A DNA stretch of 64,000 bases, from positions 25,958 through 89,957 of the forward strand of contig CAVSNF010000004.1 in the NCBI GenBank assembly GCA_963729195.1, read 5' to 3'. The DNA comes from an uncultured Actinomycetes bacterium (GTDB taxonomy: Bacteria; Actinomycetota; Thermoleophilia; Gaiellales; JAICJC01). The position numbers and the translations under genes are program-made. A model generated the notes under the pieces. It saw only the letters and a list, made by a program, of their open reading frames with translations, ran no database searches and was not told the DNA's origin. Position 1 is the stretch's first letter; each line of letters starts with the position of its first letter. Positions 20,930 to 29,883 of this stretch are shown here, one piece after another.

Positions 20930-21140
20930 TTACAACACCGTCACCACGCCGGGCCGAAACGTCACCAACACCCGCACGACCACGTCACACGCGTGACCGG
21001 TGCTCCGAGAACCGTCACCAGCCGACCTGTAACCGTCACTCTCGCCGGCGCCCGTCACGTGTTACAAGCCCGCCGATTACCGTAACATCACCCCCACGTG
21101 CACCGTGACCGCACACGGTCACCGTCCCAGTCACCTAGCG
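20930..21140. repeat. GTCAC-rich low-complexity tract (at least 9 GTCAC/GTGAC within about 200 bp; CCGTCAC five times)
   Basis: CCGTCAC at about 20938, 20960, 21012, 21032 and 21051, plus further GTCAC/GTGAC copies. Lies between the small ORF and the 3' end of the HAL-like gene. Confidence 0.5.
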
Positions 21141-21165
21141 CAGCGCGCTCACCAGCGGTGTGAGG

Positions 21166-22607
21166 TCAGCTGGCCGGCGGCTCGCCGTCGTGATGCCGCG
21201 GCATGGTCGCGCGCACGAGATCGTACGCAGCTCGAGTCCCGGTGCCGAGATCTCCCACCCGTTCGCGCAGGTCGACCGCCTGCGCCGCGCAGTACATCTC
21301 GGTGGCGGCGATGTACCGGGCAAGCTCGGTCAGCTCGTGCAGCCGGCGGGCCGCCACGGGCGTTGGGATCACGCGATCCTCGATGCCTTCGGCGATCGAG
21401 CTGGTGGGCGACTCGAGCGTCGCCGGCATCGCCAACAGCCGCACCTCGGCGGCCGCGGCGGCGGCGCCGTAGACGACGATCGCAAGACCGTCGCCGCTCG
21501 AGCTGTCGTCGCTGCGAAGCCCGGTGGGAAGTCCGCTGAAGGCCGAGTGCACGAGCTTCTGGGAGCGCTCGCAGGACGCGGTTGCGACGTGCGCCAGCGC
21601 CAATCGCAGGTAGTCCAGCGCGACTCCGTACGGCACCGAGTCGAAGTTCCCGTTCGAGAGCGCCCGCCCGTCGGGAGTGATGCAGGGGTTGTCGTGCGAG
21701 GACACCAGCTCGGCCTCGACCAGCATCCGGGCGTGCCCGAACGCCACCCGCCCGGCGGCATGCGTCTGCGGCACCACGCGCATGGTGAGGGGATCCTGGA
21801 GCTCGCGATGCAGGCCGCCCTTGAGCAGCTTGCCGTTGGCCAGAAGCGCCCGCATCCGCTCGATCGATTGCTCCAGCCCCGGCACCGGCCGTGCCTCGGC
21901 CACCGCCGGATCGAGCGCTTGAACGTTTCCGAGCATTCCCTCGAACGTGAGCGCCGCCGCCTGATCGAAGCTGACCAGCAGGCGGTCGATCGCCGCCAAT
22001 GCCAGCGCGGCAGAGCCCAGCGAGAAGGCGTTGGAGTTGACGAACGCAAGCGCCTCCTTGGCGTCGGGCCGCCACGGTTCGAGGCCCAGCCGGTGGAGCT
22101 CGGCAGCCCACTCCCCGGTGCCCGTGAGCGCCTCGGCGATGTCGGCCAACGGGCCCAGGTCTGACTGTCCCAGCGACCCCACCGTGCGTGCCCGCGGTGC
22201 CAGCCCGGCGTTCAGCGCCGCCACTAGCAGATCGGCCAGCGACTCGCGCACTCCCGAGCGGCCGCGGGCGAACCCGGCCAGCTGCGCCAGCAGGGTGGCC
22301 CGCACGACCGCTCCGCGCACGTTTGCGCCGGTGCCGGTGCGATGTGAGAGCAGCAGCAGCCGGTTGAAGTCGGCCTGCTCATCGGCCGCCACCGAGACGC
22401 GCTTCATCGCACCCACGCCGGTGGTCAGCCCGTACACCTGCGAGCCGTCGGCCAGCAGCCGCTCGGTGGCGGCGCGGCCCGCCGCGATCCGTTCGCGGGC
22501 TGCGGGCCGAGAGCTCCACCGGCCGCTGTTCGAGTGCGACCGCCGCCACCTGCTCGAGCGTGAGCGCTGTCGTCGAGCACCACCGTCTGATCGCCACCGG
22601 TGCTCAA
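21166..22607 (-). CDS. Histidine/aromatic ammonia-lyase family protein lacking the MIO Ala-Ser-Gly triad (ergothionase-like); two apparent frameshifts near the 5' end (about 22500, 22565)
   Basis: Family motifs: VYGLTTGVGAMK, LQDPLTMRVVPQTHAAG, SHDNPCI. The MIO position reads GSLGQSDLGPLA instead of G-S-V-G-A-S-G-D-L-A-P-L-A. TTG start 22607 overlaps the MttB-like stop (TTGA). Confidence 0.8.
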
Positions 22608-24031
22608 TCGCCCAGCTCCTTGCGGCGCACCGTCACGTACTCCTCCAGCTCGGCCTCGAGCGCCGCGTCGATCGGCGGCTTCTCATAGCTCTCGAGCGTG
22701 TCCCGCCAGATCTGCGACGCCCGCGCCGCGGCGTCCAGCCCACCGCGCTTCTGCCACCGCTCGTAGTTGTCGGTGGACGACAGCAGCGGACGATAGAAGC
22801 ACTCTCGGAAGCGCTCCAGGGTGTGCACCGCGCCCAGGAAGTGGCCGCCGTGTCCGACCTCCTGGTGCGCGCCGTAGGCCAGGCTGTCCTCGTCCACCTC
22901 GAGCGGCTGGAACTCGGCCTGGAGCACCCGCAGCATCTCGATGTCGACGATGAACTTCTCGAACGACGCCACCAGCCCCGACTCGAGCCAGCCGGCCGCG
23001 TGGGGCACGTAGTTGGCGCCGGCCATGAACGCCGGCAGCATCGTGTTGAGTCCCTCGTAGGCGGCCTGGGCGTCAACCGTCTGGCTGGAGGTCAGAAAGC
23101 CGCCACCGGCCCGCCAGGGCAGCCCGAACCGGCGCGCGATCTGCCCCGAGCAGAACAGCCCTGTGGCCGACTCGGGGCCACCGAAACCGGGCGACCCGGA
23201 CTGCATGTCGGTGTGCGACAGGAACGATCCCAGGATCACCGGCGCGCCCGGCCTGATCAGTTGGGTCAGCACCAGCCCCGCCAGCGACTCGGCCGTCTGC
23301 TGGACGAGCGCGGCCGGCACCGAGGCCGGAGCCATCGCCCCCATCAGCAGGAACGGCGTGATCACGGTCACCTGCCCGGCGGCGGCATAGATCATCATCG
23401 CGTCGAGCATGCGCGTGTCGTAGCGAAGCGGCGAGTTGACGTTGATCACGCCGTACACCGCGGGGCCGGCTTCCAGGCCGCCCCGCGAGCGCATCACCAT
23501 GTCGGTCACCACCATCGAGTCGCGAGCCGCCTCGGAGGTGATCACCGCTCCCTGATACGTGCGGTCGGTCAGCGTCGTCACCGCCAGCAGCATGTCCAGG
23601 TGACGGGAGTCGAGCGGGATGTCGTTGGGCTCACAGCACAGCCCGCCGGGAGTGTCGAGCTGGTCGAAGCTCTGGCTGAGTTGGCACAGCTCGGTGAAGT
23701 CGGCCAACGTGCCCTCGCGCCGCTCGTCTCCCTTGCGCACGAACGGCGGCCCCTGGGTGGGGGCGAAGAACATGTGCCTGCCGCCGACGTGAACATTGCG
23801 AGCCGGGTTGCGCGCGGCCAGCTCGAACTCGCTGGGCGCCGCCGCCACCTGCTCGAGCACGAACTCGGGGTCGAGCTTGACCACCGAGTCCTCGACCCGC
23901 TGCCCGGCCCGGCGGAAATGCTCGAGCGCCTCCTCGTGCAGAAACTCCACTCCGATCTCGGAGATCAGCCGCCGCCAGCCCCGTTCGAGCACCTCCATCG
24001 CCTCGGGCGACAAGATGTCGTAGTGGGGCAT
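22604..24031 (-). CDS. Trimethylamine methyltransferase (MttB) superfamily protein, non-pyrrolysine type
   Basis: Intact from ATG 24031 (MPHYDILSPEAMEVLERGWRRLISEIGVEF...) for 475 aa with no in-frame TAG. MttB-family-like throughout (...INVNSPLRYD..., ...GGPESATGLFCSGQIARRFGLPWRAGGG...). Confidence 0.86.
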   Translation of the reverse strand: MPHYDILSPEAMEVLERGWRRLISEIGVEFLHEEALEHFRRAGQRVEDSVVKLDPEFVLEQVAAAPSEFELAARNPARNVHVGGRHMFFAPTQGPPFVRKGDERREGTLADFTELCQLSQSFDQLDTPGGLCCEPNDIPLDSRHLDMLLAVTTLTDRTYQGAVITSEAARDSMVVTDMVMRSRGGLEAGPAVYGVINVNSPLRYDTRMLDAMMIYAAAGQVTVITPFLLMGAMAPASVPAALVQQTAESLAGLVLTQLIRPGAPVILGSFLSHTDMQSGSPGFGGPESATGLFCSGQIARRFGLPWRAGGGFLTSSQTVDAQAAYEGLNTMLPAFMAGANYVPHAAGWLESGLVASFEKFIVDIEMLRVLQAEFQPLEVDEDSLAYGAHQEVGHGGHFLGAVHTLERFRECFYRPLLSSTDNYERWQKRGGLDAAARASQIWRDTLESYEKPPIDAALEAELEEYVTVRRKELGD

Positions 24032-24101
24032 CTGATTTTCGAGCACGGACCGAAGGTTGGCATGCCGTCGTCCCCCTGGCAACTTGTTACCGTGCACGGC
24101 G

Positions 24102-24554
24102 ATGGACGAGCCGGTCGAACTGTGGACTGACGGCGCCTGTTCGGGGAATCCCGGGCCGGGCGGCTGGGCGGCGATCCTGCGCAAGGGCGATCGCGTCAAG
24201 GAGCTCTCGGGAGGCGAGCCGCAGACCACCAACAACCGCATGGAGCTGCAGTCGGTGATCGAAGGGCTGCGCGCGCTGAACCGGCCGGTGGACGTCGTCG
24301 TCCACCTCGACTCGAGCTATGTCGAGTCGGCGTTCACCAAGGGCTGGATCGATACGTGGCGGGCAAACGGCTGGCGCACGGCGGGCAAGCAGCCGGTCAA
24401 GAACCAGGATCTGTGGGAGCAGCTGATCGCCGAGGTGGCCAAGCACCAGGTCAGCTGGACGCTGGTGAAAGGCCATGACGGCGTCGAGCTGAACGAGCGG
24501 GCCGACGAGCTGGCTGTGGCCGCCCGCGATCTGGCGGCTGAGAGCGACGCATGA
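24102..24554 (+). CDS. rnhA: Ribonuclease HI
   Basis: [26 protein letters not shown]...[15 protein letters not shown]...[17 protein letters not shown]. Stop overlaps the ATG of the next gene (ATGA). Confidence 0.9.
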   Translation: MDEPVELWTDGACSGNPGPGGWAAILRKGDRVKELSGGEPQTTNNRMELQSVIEGLRALNRPVDVVVHLDSSYVESAFTKGWIDTWRANGWRTAGKQPVKNQDLWEQLIAEVAKHQVSWTLVKGHDGVELNERADELAVAARDLAAESDA

Positions 24555-25530
24555 GCACCGAGGTGGCCGTCGAGGCAGACAACCTGGTGAAGACCTACAA
24601 GCCCGATGTGCGCGCCCTCAACGGGCTCAGCTTCAGCGTCGAGGCGGGCACCGTATTCGGCCTCTTGGGGCCGAACGGTGCGGGCAAGTCGACCGCGGTC
24701 AAGGTGCTGACCACGCTGGCCCGCCCGGATTCCGGCGGCGCCCGCGTGGCCGGGCTGGACGTCTTGTCCGACGCCGCCAAGGTGCGCCACCTGATCGGAG
24801 TGGTGGCCCAGCGCTCGGGGGTCGACCGGGAGCTGACGGGGCGCGAGAACCTCACGCTGCAGGCCCAGATATTTGGCATGGGCAAGGCCGCCGCGCGGCC
24901 GCGGATCGATGAGCTGCTGGGCCAGTTCGGGTTGGCGGACGCGGCCGACCGTGTCAGCCGCGGCTACTCGGGCGGCATGCAGCGGCGGCTCGACATCGCG
25001 ACCGCGCTTGGTGCACCGGCCGCAGGTGCTGTTCCTGGACGAGCCCACCACCGGGCTCGATCCCGAGGTCCGCGCCGGCATGTGGGAGGAGATCGCCCGG
25101 CTTGCCAAGGATGAGGGCATCACGGTGCTGCTGACCACGCACTACCTCGAGGAGGCCGACAATCTGGCCGCCAACCTCGCGATCGTCGACCGCGGCACGG
25201 TGGTTGCCTCGGGCACGCCGGAGCAGCTCAAGGGAGAGCTGCACGGCGACGCCATCCACGCCGAGCTGGCCGAGTCGGCCACGAGGAGGCGGTTGCCAAG
25301 GCGCTGGTGCCGGTGGCAGGCGTGCAGGAAGTCAAGAGCGACGGCCGCCGTGTGCGCGCACGAGTCGCCCACGGGGCAACCGCGGTGCCGGCGGTGCTGG
25401 CGGCGCTGGAGGCGGGCGGGATGACGGTGGCGTCGGTGACGGTCTCGCGGCCGTCGCTGGACGACGTCTATCTGCGTCATACCGGCCGCGCATACGCCGA
25501 GGCCGACGCCGAGGGGAGGCCGCCGCATGA
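24551..25530 (+). CDS. ABC transporter ATP-binding protein (DrrA/ABC-2 exporter type); at least 2 apparent frameshifts (about 25010, 25279); 3' end uncertain
   Basis: [12 protein letters not shown] (Walker A), [15 protein letters not shown] / [18 protein letters not shown] (signature and Walker B in different frames), then [19 protein letters not shown]... in a third frame. Confidence 0.8.
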
Positions 25531-26301
25531 CCGGCCTGCGCCACTCCCTGATCATGACCCACCGCGGATTGCTGTCGCTGCTGCGCCAGCCCTGGTGGAT
25601 CGGAGTCAGCCTGATGCAGCCGGTGGTGTGGCTGGTGCTCTACGGCGCGCTGTTCAAGCGGGTGGTCGATATCCCCGGCTTCCACTCCACCTCCTACATC
25701 CAGTTCCTGGCGCCGGGCGTGGTGATGATGACCGCCCTGTTCGGCGCCGGCTGGGGCGGCATGAGCATGATCTCCGACATCGACCGCGGGCGTGGTCGAC
25801 CGGTTCCTGATGTCGCCGGTGCACCGCGGGTCGATCATCGCCGGGCGGGTGCTCCAGAGCGTCTTTTCGATCGTGATCCAGTCGATCATCATCGTGGTGT
25901 TGGCGCTGATTCTGGGCGGGCGCTTCCCCAACGGCGTGTTCGGGATCGTGGTCTTGATCGTGGTGGCGTCACTGCTGGGTGCGTCCTTCGCCGCGATCTC
26001 GAACGGCATCGCACTGCTGGCGCGGCGGGAGGAGACGCTGATCGCCGTTATGAACTTCATCCTGCTGCCGTTGACGTTCCTGTCGGCCGCGTTCATGCAG
26101 CAGGATCTGATGCCCAGCTGGATGCAGTCGGTGGCAACGTTCAACCCGGTCAACTGGGCCGTCCAGGCCGGGCGGGCGGCGGTGCTTCCGCACACGGACT
26201 GGTCAATGGTGGCCCAGCGGACCGGGTTGCTGGTGGTGCTATTGGTGATCTGCAGCGCGTTTGCGACCAGGGCGTTTCGGTCGTATCAGCGCTCGGTCTA
26301 G
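25527..26301 (+). CDS. ABC-2 type transporter permease; apparent frameshift near 25790
   Basis: ORF 25527.. ([40 protein letters not shown]...ISDIDRG) joins ORF 25792..26301 (VVDRFLMSPVHRGSIIAGRVL...). Confidence 0.8.
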
Positions 26302-26357
26302 TGATGTGACCGGTGACGTTGGTGGCGTCGCCGGCAAACGTTGCCGGTCACATCACT
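26300..26357. terminator. Bidirectional terminator-like hairpin between convergent genes (14-bp perfect stem AGTGATGTGACCGG / CCGGTCACATCACT, 30-nt loop)
   Basis: Read directly. The left arm overlaps the permease TAG (26299-26301). The right arm ends 2 nt before the carbonic anhydrase stop (26360-26362). No U-tract. Confidence 0.6.
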
Positions 26358-26359
26358 CG

Positions 26360-26851
26360 CTACTTGACCTCGCGCAGGTGCCCGGTCTCGACCTCGTACA
26401 CGAAGCCGCGCACCGAGTCCTTCTTGGGGATGAACGGGCTGGCCTGGATGCGGGCGATCGACTGCTTGACGTCAGCATCGAGGTCCGAGAACGTCTCGCA
26501 GTCCCAGTCCGGCGTGACGCCGGTGTCCGCCTGGAGCGTGGCCTTGAACTCGGAGTCGGTGAACGTCAGCATGCCGCAATCGGTGTGGTGGATCAGCACG
26601 ATCTCCTCGGTGCCGAGCAGTCGCTGGCTGATCGCAAGCGAACGGATCTCGTCGTCGGTGATCACGCCGCCGGCGTTTCGGATCACGTGTGCGTCGCCCT
26701 CCTGGAGCCCCAGGAGGCCGTACGGATTCAGGCGGGCGTCCATGCAGGCGACGACCGCAACCTTGCGGCCGGGAGGCATGGGCAGATCGCCCTTGTCGAA
26801 CGACGCCTCGTAGCTCTTGGCGTTCTGAAGCAGGTCATCGGTGACTGACAT
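26360..26851 (-). CDS. Beta-class carbonic anhydrase
   Basis: Intact 163-aa ORF: ...VAVVACMDARLNP..., ...VLIHHTDCGM... (Cys-Asp-Arg / His-x-x-Cys zinc ligand pattern). Confidence 0.9.
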   Translation of the reverse strand: MSVTDDLLQNAKSYEASFDKGDLPMPPGRKVAVVACMDARLNPYGLLGLQEGDAHVIRNAGGVITDDEIRSLAISQRLLGTEEIVLIHHTDCGMLTFTDSEFKATLQADTGVTPDWDCETFSDLDADVKQSIARIQASPFIPKKDSVRGFVYEVETGHLREVK

Positions 26852-26964
26852 CGCATCCTCCGGGGATCGGCGTTGTCGCGGAGGCCCCTAAGCCCCAGCA
26901 ATTCACTGGGGTATATCACAGCCTGGATCCAAGCTGTGAGGGTTGGGACGCGGGCGAAACGCAG

Positions 26965-27054
26965 CGGAGAGGGCGGGATTCGAACCCGCGAACGAGGAAA
27001 CCCCCGTTACGCGATTTCCAGTCGCGCTCCTTAAGCCAACTCGGACACCTCTCC
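26965..27054 (-). tRNA. tRNA-Ser (anticodon GGA)
   Basis: Reverse complement GGAGAGGTGTCCGAGTTGGCTTAAGGAGCGCGACTGGAAATCGCGTAACGGGGGTTTCCTCGTTCGCGGGTTCGAATCCCGCCCTCTCCG. It is 90 nt with a long variable arm. Anticodon loop is CTGGAAA. Confidence 0.93.
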
Positions 27055-27138
27055 AGGCCCAGCAAGTATGCCACCCACTTGCCAGGCGGTGCCCGGTTCG
27101 GGGAGACTATGGGCCCCATCACCGAAATAGAGGTGAGC

Positions 27139-27570
27139 ATGCCCGACGAGCGAATCGACATTCTGCGCAAGGTGAGCCTGTTCGATGGTCTTTCCGACAA
27201 AGAGCTCGGCGCCATCGCCAAGGCCACCAAGGAGCGGCGCTTCGACACCGGCGACACGATCGTGAGCGAGGGCGACGCCGGCATCGGGTTCTTCGTGATC
27301 GCCGAAGGCACCGCCCGAGTCGAGGCTCATGGCCAGCGGGTCGCGACGTTGCTCTCCGGGAACTCGTTTGGCGAGGTGGCGCTGCTCGACGACGGTGTCG
27401 GCCGCCGCACCGCGTCGGTGATCGCCGAATCGCCGCTGCGGGTGTTTGGACTGACCGCCTGGCAGTTCACGCCGCTGCTGGATCAATATCCCGGGCTCGC
27501 GGTCAAGATCGCCCGCAGCCTGGCGCGGACTCTGCGCGAGACGCAGGAGCGGGCGGCAGCCGAAGGCTGA
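27139..27570 (+). CDS. Cyclic nucleotide-binding domain protein (stand-alone)
   Basis: ...LFDGLSDKELGAIAKATKERRFDTGDTIVSEGDAGIGFFVIAEG...GNSFGEVALLDDGVGRRTASVIA... RBS GAGGTGAG lies before ATG 27139 (alternative upstream start at 27079). Confidence 0.8.
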   Translation: MPDERIDILRKVSLFDGLSDKELGAIAKATKERRFDTGDTIVSEGDAGIGFFVIAEGTARVEAHGQRVATLLSGNSFGEVALLDDGVGRRTASVIAESPLRVFGLTAWQFTPLLDQYPGLAVKIARSLARTLRETQERAAAEG

Positions 27571-27584
27571 ACATTGCTGCTAGC

Positions 27585-27865
27585 ATGGCCCGCGACCGTG
27601 CTAAGCGGGGAGCTAGCGGTACCCTGTTTCCGGCAAGCCGCTCTAGCCGGGCCGAATTCCCACCCGAGGGGTGAAGGGTTCGGGAACGGGTTCGTGCGTT
27701 CGGTGTTGATCGCCAGGTCCCGCGCAACGGAGGCTTGCGAACCGCGTCAGGTCCGGAAGGAAGCAGCGCTAAGCAACGTCATCCGGGTGCCGCGGGCTAG
27801 CCTGGCAGGAGCCTGCGCCACGAGCACCACCCGAGTCCACCGCCACAGAGGTGGGTGCACGGTCA
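27585..27865 (+). ncRNA. ffs: Signal recognition particle RNA, long (Alu-domain-containing, Bacillus-type) form; ends +/- 10 nt
   Basis: Domain IV motif GTCAGGTCCGGAAGGAAGCAGC at about 27746-27767. The 5' part GTGCTAAGCGGGGAGCTAGCGGTACCCTGT...GCCGCTCTAGCCGGGCCGAAT closely resembles the B. subtilis scRNA Alu domain as I recall it. Terminal pairing GACCGTGC/GCACGGTC. Classic position just upstream of dnaX. Confidence 0.8.
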
Positions 27866-27908
27866 CTACTCAACCCGTCCACCCCTCGCCAAGTAAGCTG
27901 CACCTCAA

Positions 27909-29548
27909 GTGTCTGCGCTCTACCGCACCCATCGGCCGCAGGACTTCGCCCAGTTCGAGCCGGCCCAGGCGCACGTCGTCCGCACCCTGCGAAACGCGAT
28001 CGAGATGGACAGGGTGGCGCACGCGTACCTGTTCGCCGGTCCGCGCGGCACCGGCAAGACGTCGATGGCCAAGATCCTGGCCAAGTCGCTCAACTGCGAG
28101 CGCGGGCCGACCGTCTCGCCGTGCCTGGTGTGCGAGGCCTGCCGATCGATCCATGACGCCACCTCGATCGACGTGATCGAGCTCGACGCCGCCAGCAACC
28201 GCGGCATCGACGACATTCGAGAGATCGTGGACAAGGTCGCCCAGCGGCCGGCCGCCGGTCGCCGCAAGGTGTACATCGTGGACGAGGCCCACATGCTCAC
28301 CAAGGAGGCGTCCAACGCCGTCCTGAAGACGCTCGAGGAGCCCCCCGAGCACGTCATCTTCGTGCTCTGCACCACCGAGATGCAGTCGATGCTGCCGACC
28401 ATTCGCAGCCGCTGCCAGCGGTTCGTGTTCCAGCGCCCGGGGTTGCCGGAGATCGGCGCGGTGCTGCATCGCATCGCCGAGACCGAGTCGATCGACATCG
28501 ACCCCGCCGCGATCGGACTGGTGGCGCGCGCCGCCGGCGGCAGCTTCCGCGACGCGGTGTCGACGCTCGACCAGCTCTCCACCGCCTGTGACGGGCGGAT
28601 CGGCGTCGCCGACGTGCGCGAGCTGCTCGGCACCACCGACACCGAAGTGCTGTTCCAGACGCTCGACCTGGTCGCCGACGGCGATGCCGGCGGCTGCCTG
28701 CGGGTGATCGCAGCCCAGGTCGACGGCGGAGCCGACCTGGCGACGCTGGTGACCGACCTGCTGGGACACCTGCGCGCGCTGTTCCTGTGCCAGCAGCTGG
28801 GCGATCCGCCCGAGGAGGTGGCCGCCACCGACGACGAGCGGGCACGGCTGCTGACCCAGGCCGACCGGTTGCAGCCGGCCACGGTGCATCGCCTGGTCGA
28901 TCTGCTGCGCGACGCCAATGATCAGGTGCGCGAAGGCGCCGACCCGCGGCTTCCGCTGGAGCTGGCGCTGGTGCGCATCTGCCGGCCGGCCGGTGAGCTC
29001 GAGCTGCAGGCCTTGGAGCAGCGGATCGCCCGCCTGGAGGCCGGCAGCCCCGCGCCCGCGCCGGCCCCTGCGAAGCCGGCGGCGGAACCGTCCGCCGGCC
29101 CGCCGACGGACGAGCCCCCGGCTGCGACGCCACCACCACCCCCCCGCCGATCGCCGCGTCGCAGACCAACCTGGACGTCGTCCCCGAGCAGTGGCGCGAC
29201 ACCATCCTGCCCGAACTCTCGCGCCGCTCCAAGCCGCTGGCGGCGCTGATGCAACACGCCAACGAGGTCGAGGTCAAGGGTGACCAGGTCGTGATCAGCT
29301 TCCCCCAGTCCAAGTCGTTTGCCCGCGCGGGGACGGACACGCCGGCGAACCGCAAGGTGCTCGCCCAGGTGCTGGCGATGGCCGCCGGCGGAACGGTCGA
29401 CCTCAGTCTGAAGGTGTCGGACGACCCCGAGCCCGAGCCGGAGCACCAGGCCGAACCCGAGCACCAGCAGACCCTGTCCGAAGACGAGTTCTTGACCCAC
29501 GTGAAGCACACGTTCGATGCCCGCGAGATCGAGGAGCCGAAGCGATGA
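27909..29548 (+). CDS. dnaX: DNA polymerase III subunits gamma/tau; frame change inside a C7 run (29139-29145)
   Basis: GTG start. ...AHAYLFAGPRGTGKTSMAKILAKSLNCE..., ...VYIVDEAHML..., SRC motif TIRSRCQRF. After the poly-Pro/C7 run the other frame reads ...IAASQTNLDVVPEQWRDTILPELSRRSKPLAALMQHANEVEVKGDQVVISFP... through to 29548. Confidence 0.9.
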
Positions 29549-29868
29549 CGAAGATCGATCCCCAGAAGATGATGGCCCAGCTCGGGCAGATGCAGAAGCA
29601 GATGGAGGTCGCTCAGGAGGAGCTCAAGACCCAGTTCGTCGAGCACTCCGCCGGCGGCGGCGCGGTCACAGTGAAGGCCTCCGGAGCGCTCGAGATCGTG
29701 GAGATCACGATCAAGCCCGAGGCGATCGACCCCGACGACGCCGAGATGCTTCAGGATCTGCTCGTGAGTGCCGTCAACGGCGCCATCACCGCCGCCCAGG
29801 CATTGCAGCAGCAGCGAATGATGTCGGGCATGGGCGGTCTCGGGGGGCTCGGAATCCCGGGCATGTAG
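29545..29868 (+). CDS. ybaB: YbaB/EbfC family nucleoid-associated protein
   Basis: Intact 107-aa ORF: ...MMAQLGQMQKQMEVAQEELKTQFVEHSAGGGAVTVKASGALEIVEITIKPEAIDPDD... ATGA overlap with dnaX. Confidence 0.9.
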   Translation: MTKIDPQKMMAQLGQMQKQMEVAQEELKTQFVEHSAGGGAVTVKASGALEIVEITIKPEAIDPDDAEMLQDLLVSAVNGAITAAQALQQQRMMSGMGGLGGLGIPGM

Positions 29869-29883
29869 CCCGGGCTCGAAGTT

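Noticed and set aside
25480-25530. A third frameshift at the very end of the ABC ATPase gene, giving ...AEGEAAA* with an ATGA overlap to the permease.
   Set aside because: It is plausible but rests only on the expectation of start/stop coupling. The C-terminal residues are not conserved enough to decide, so the 3' end is reported as uncertain.
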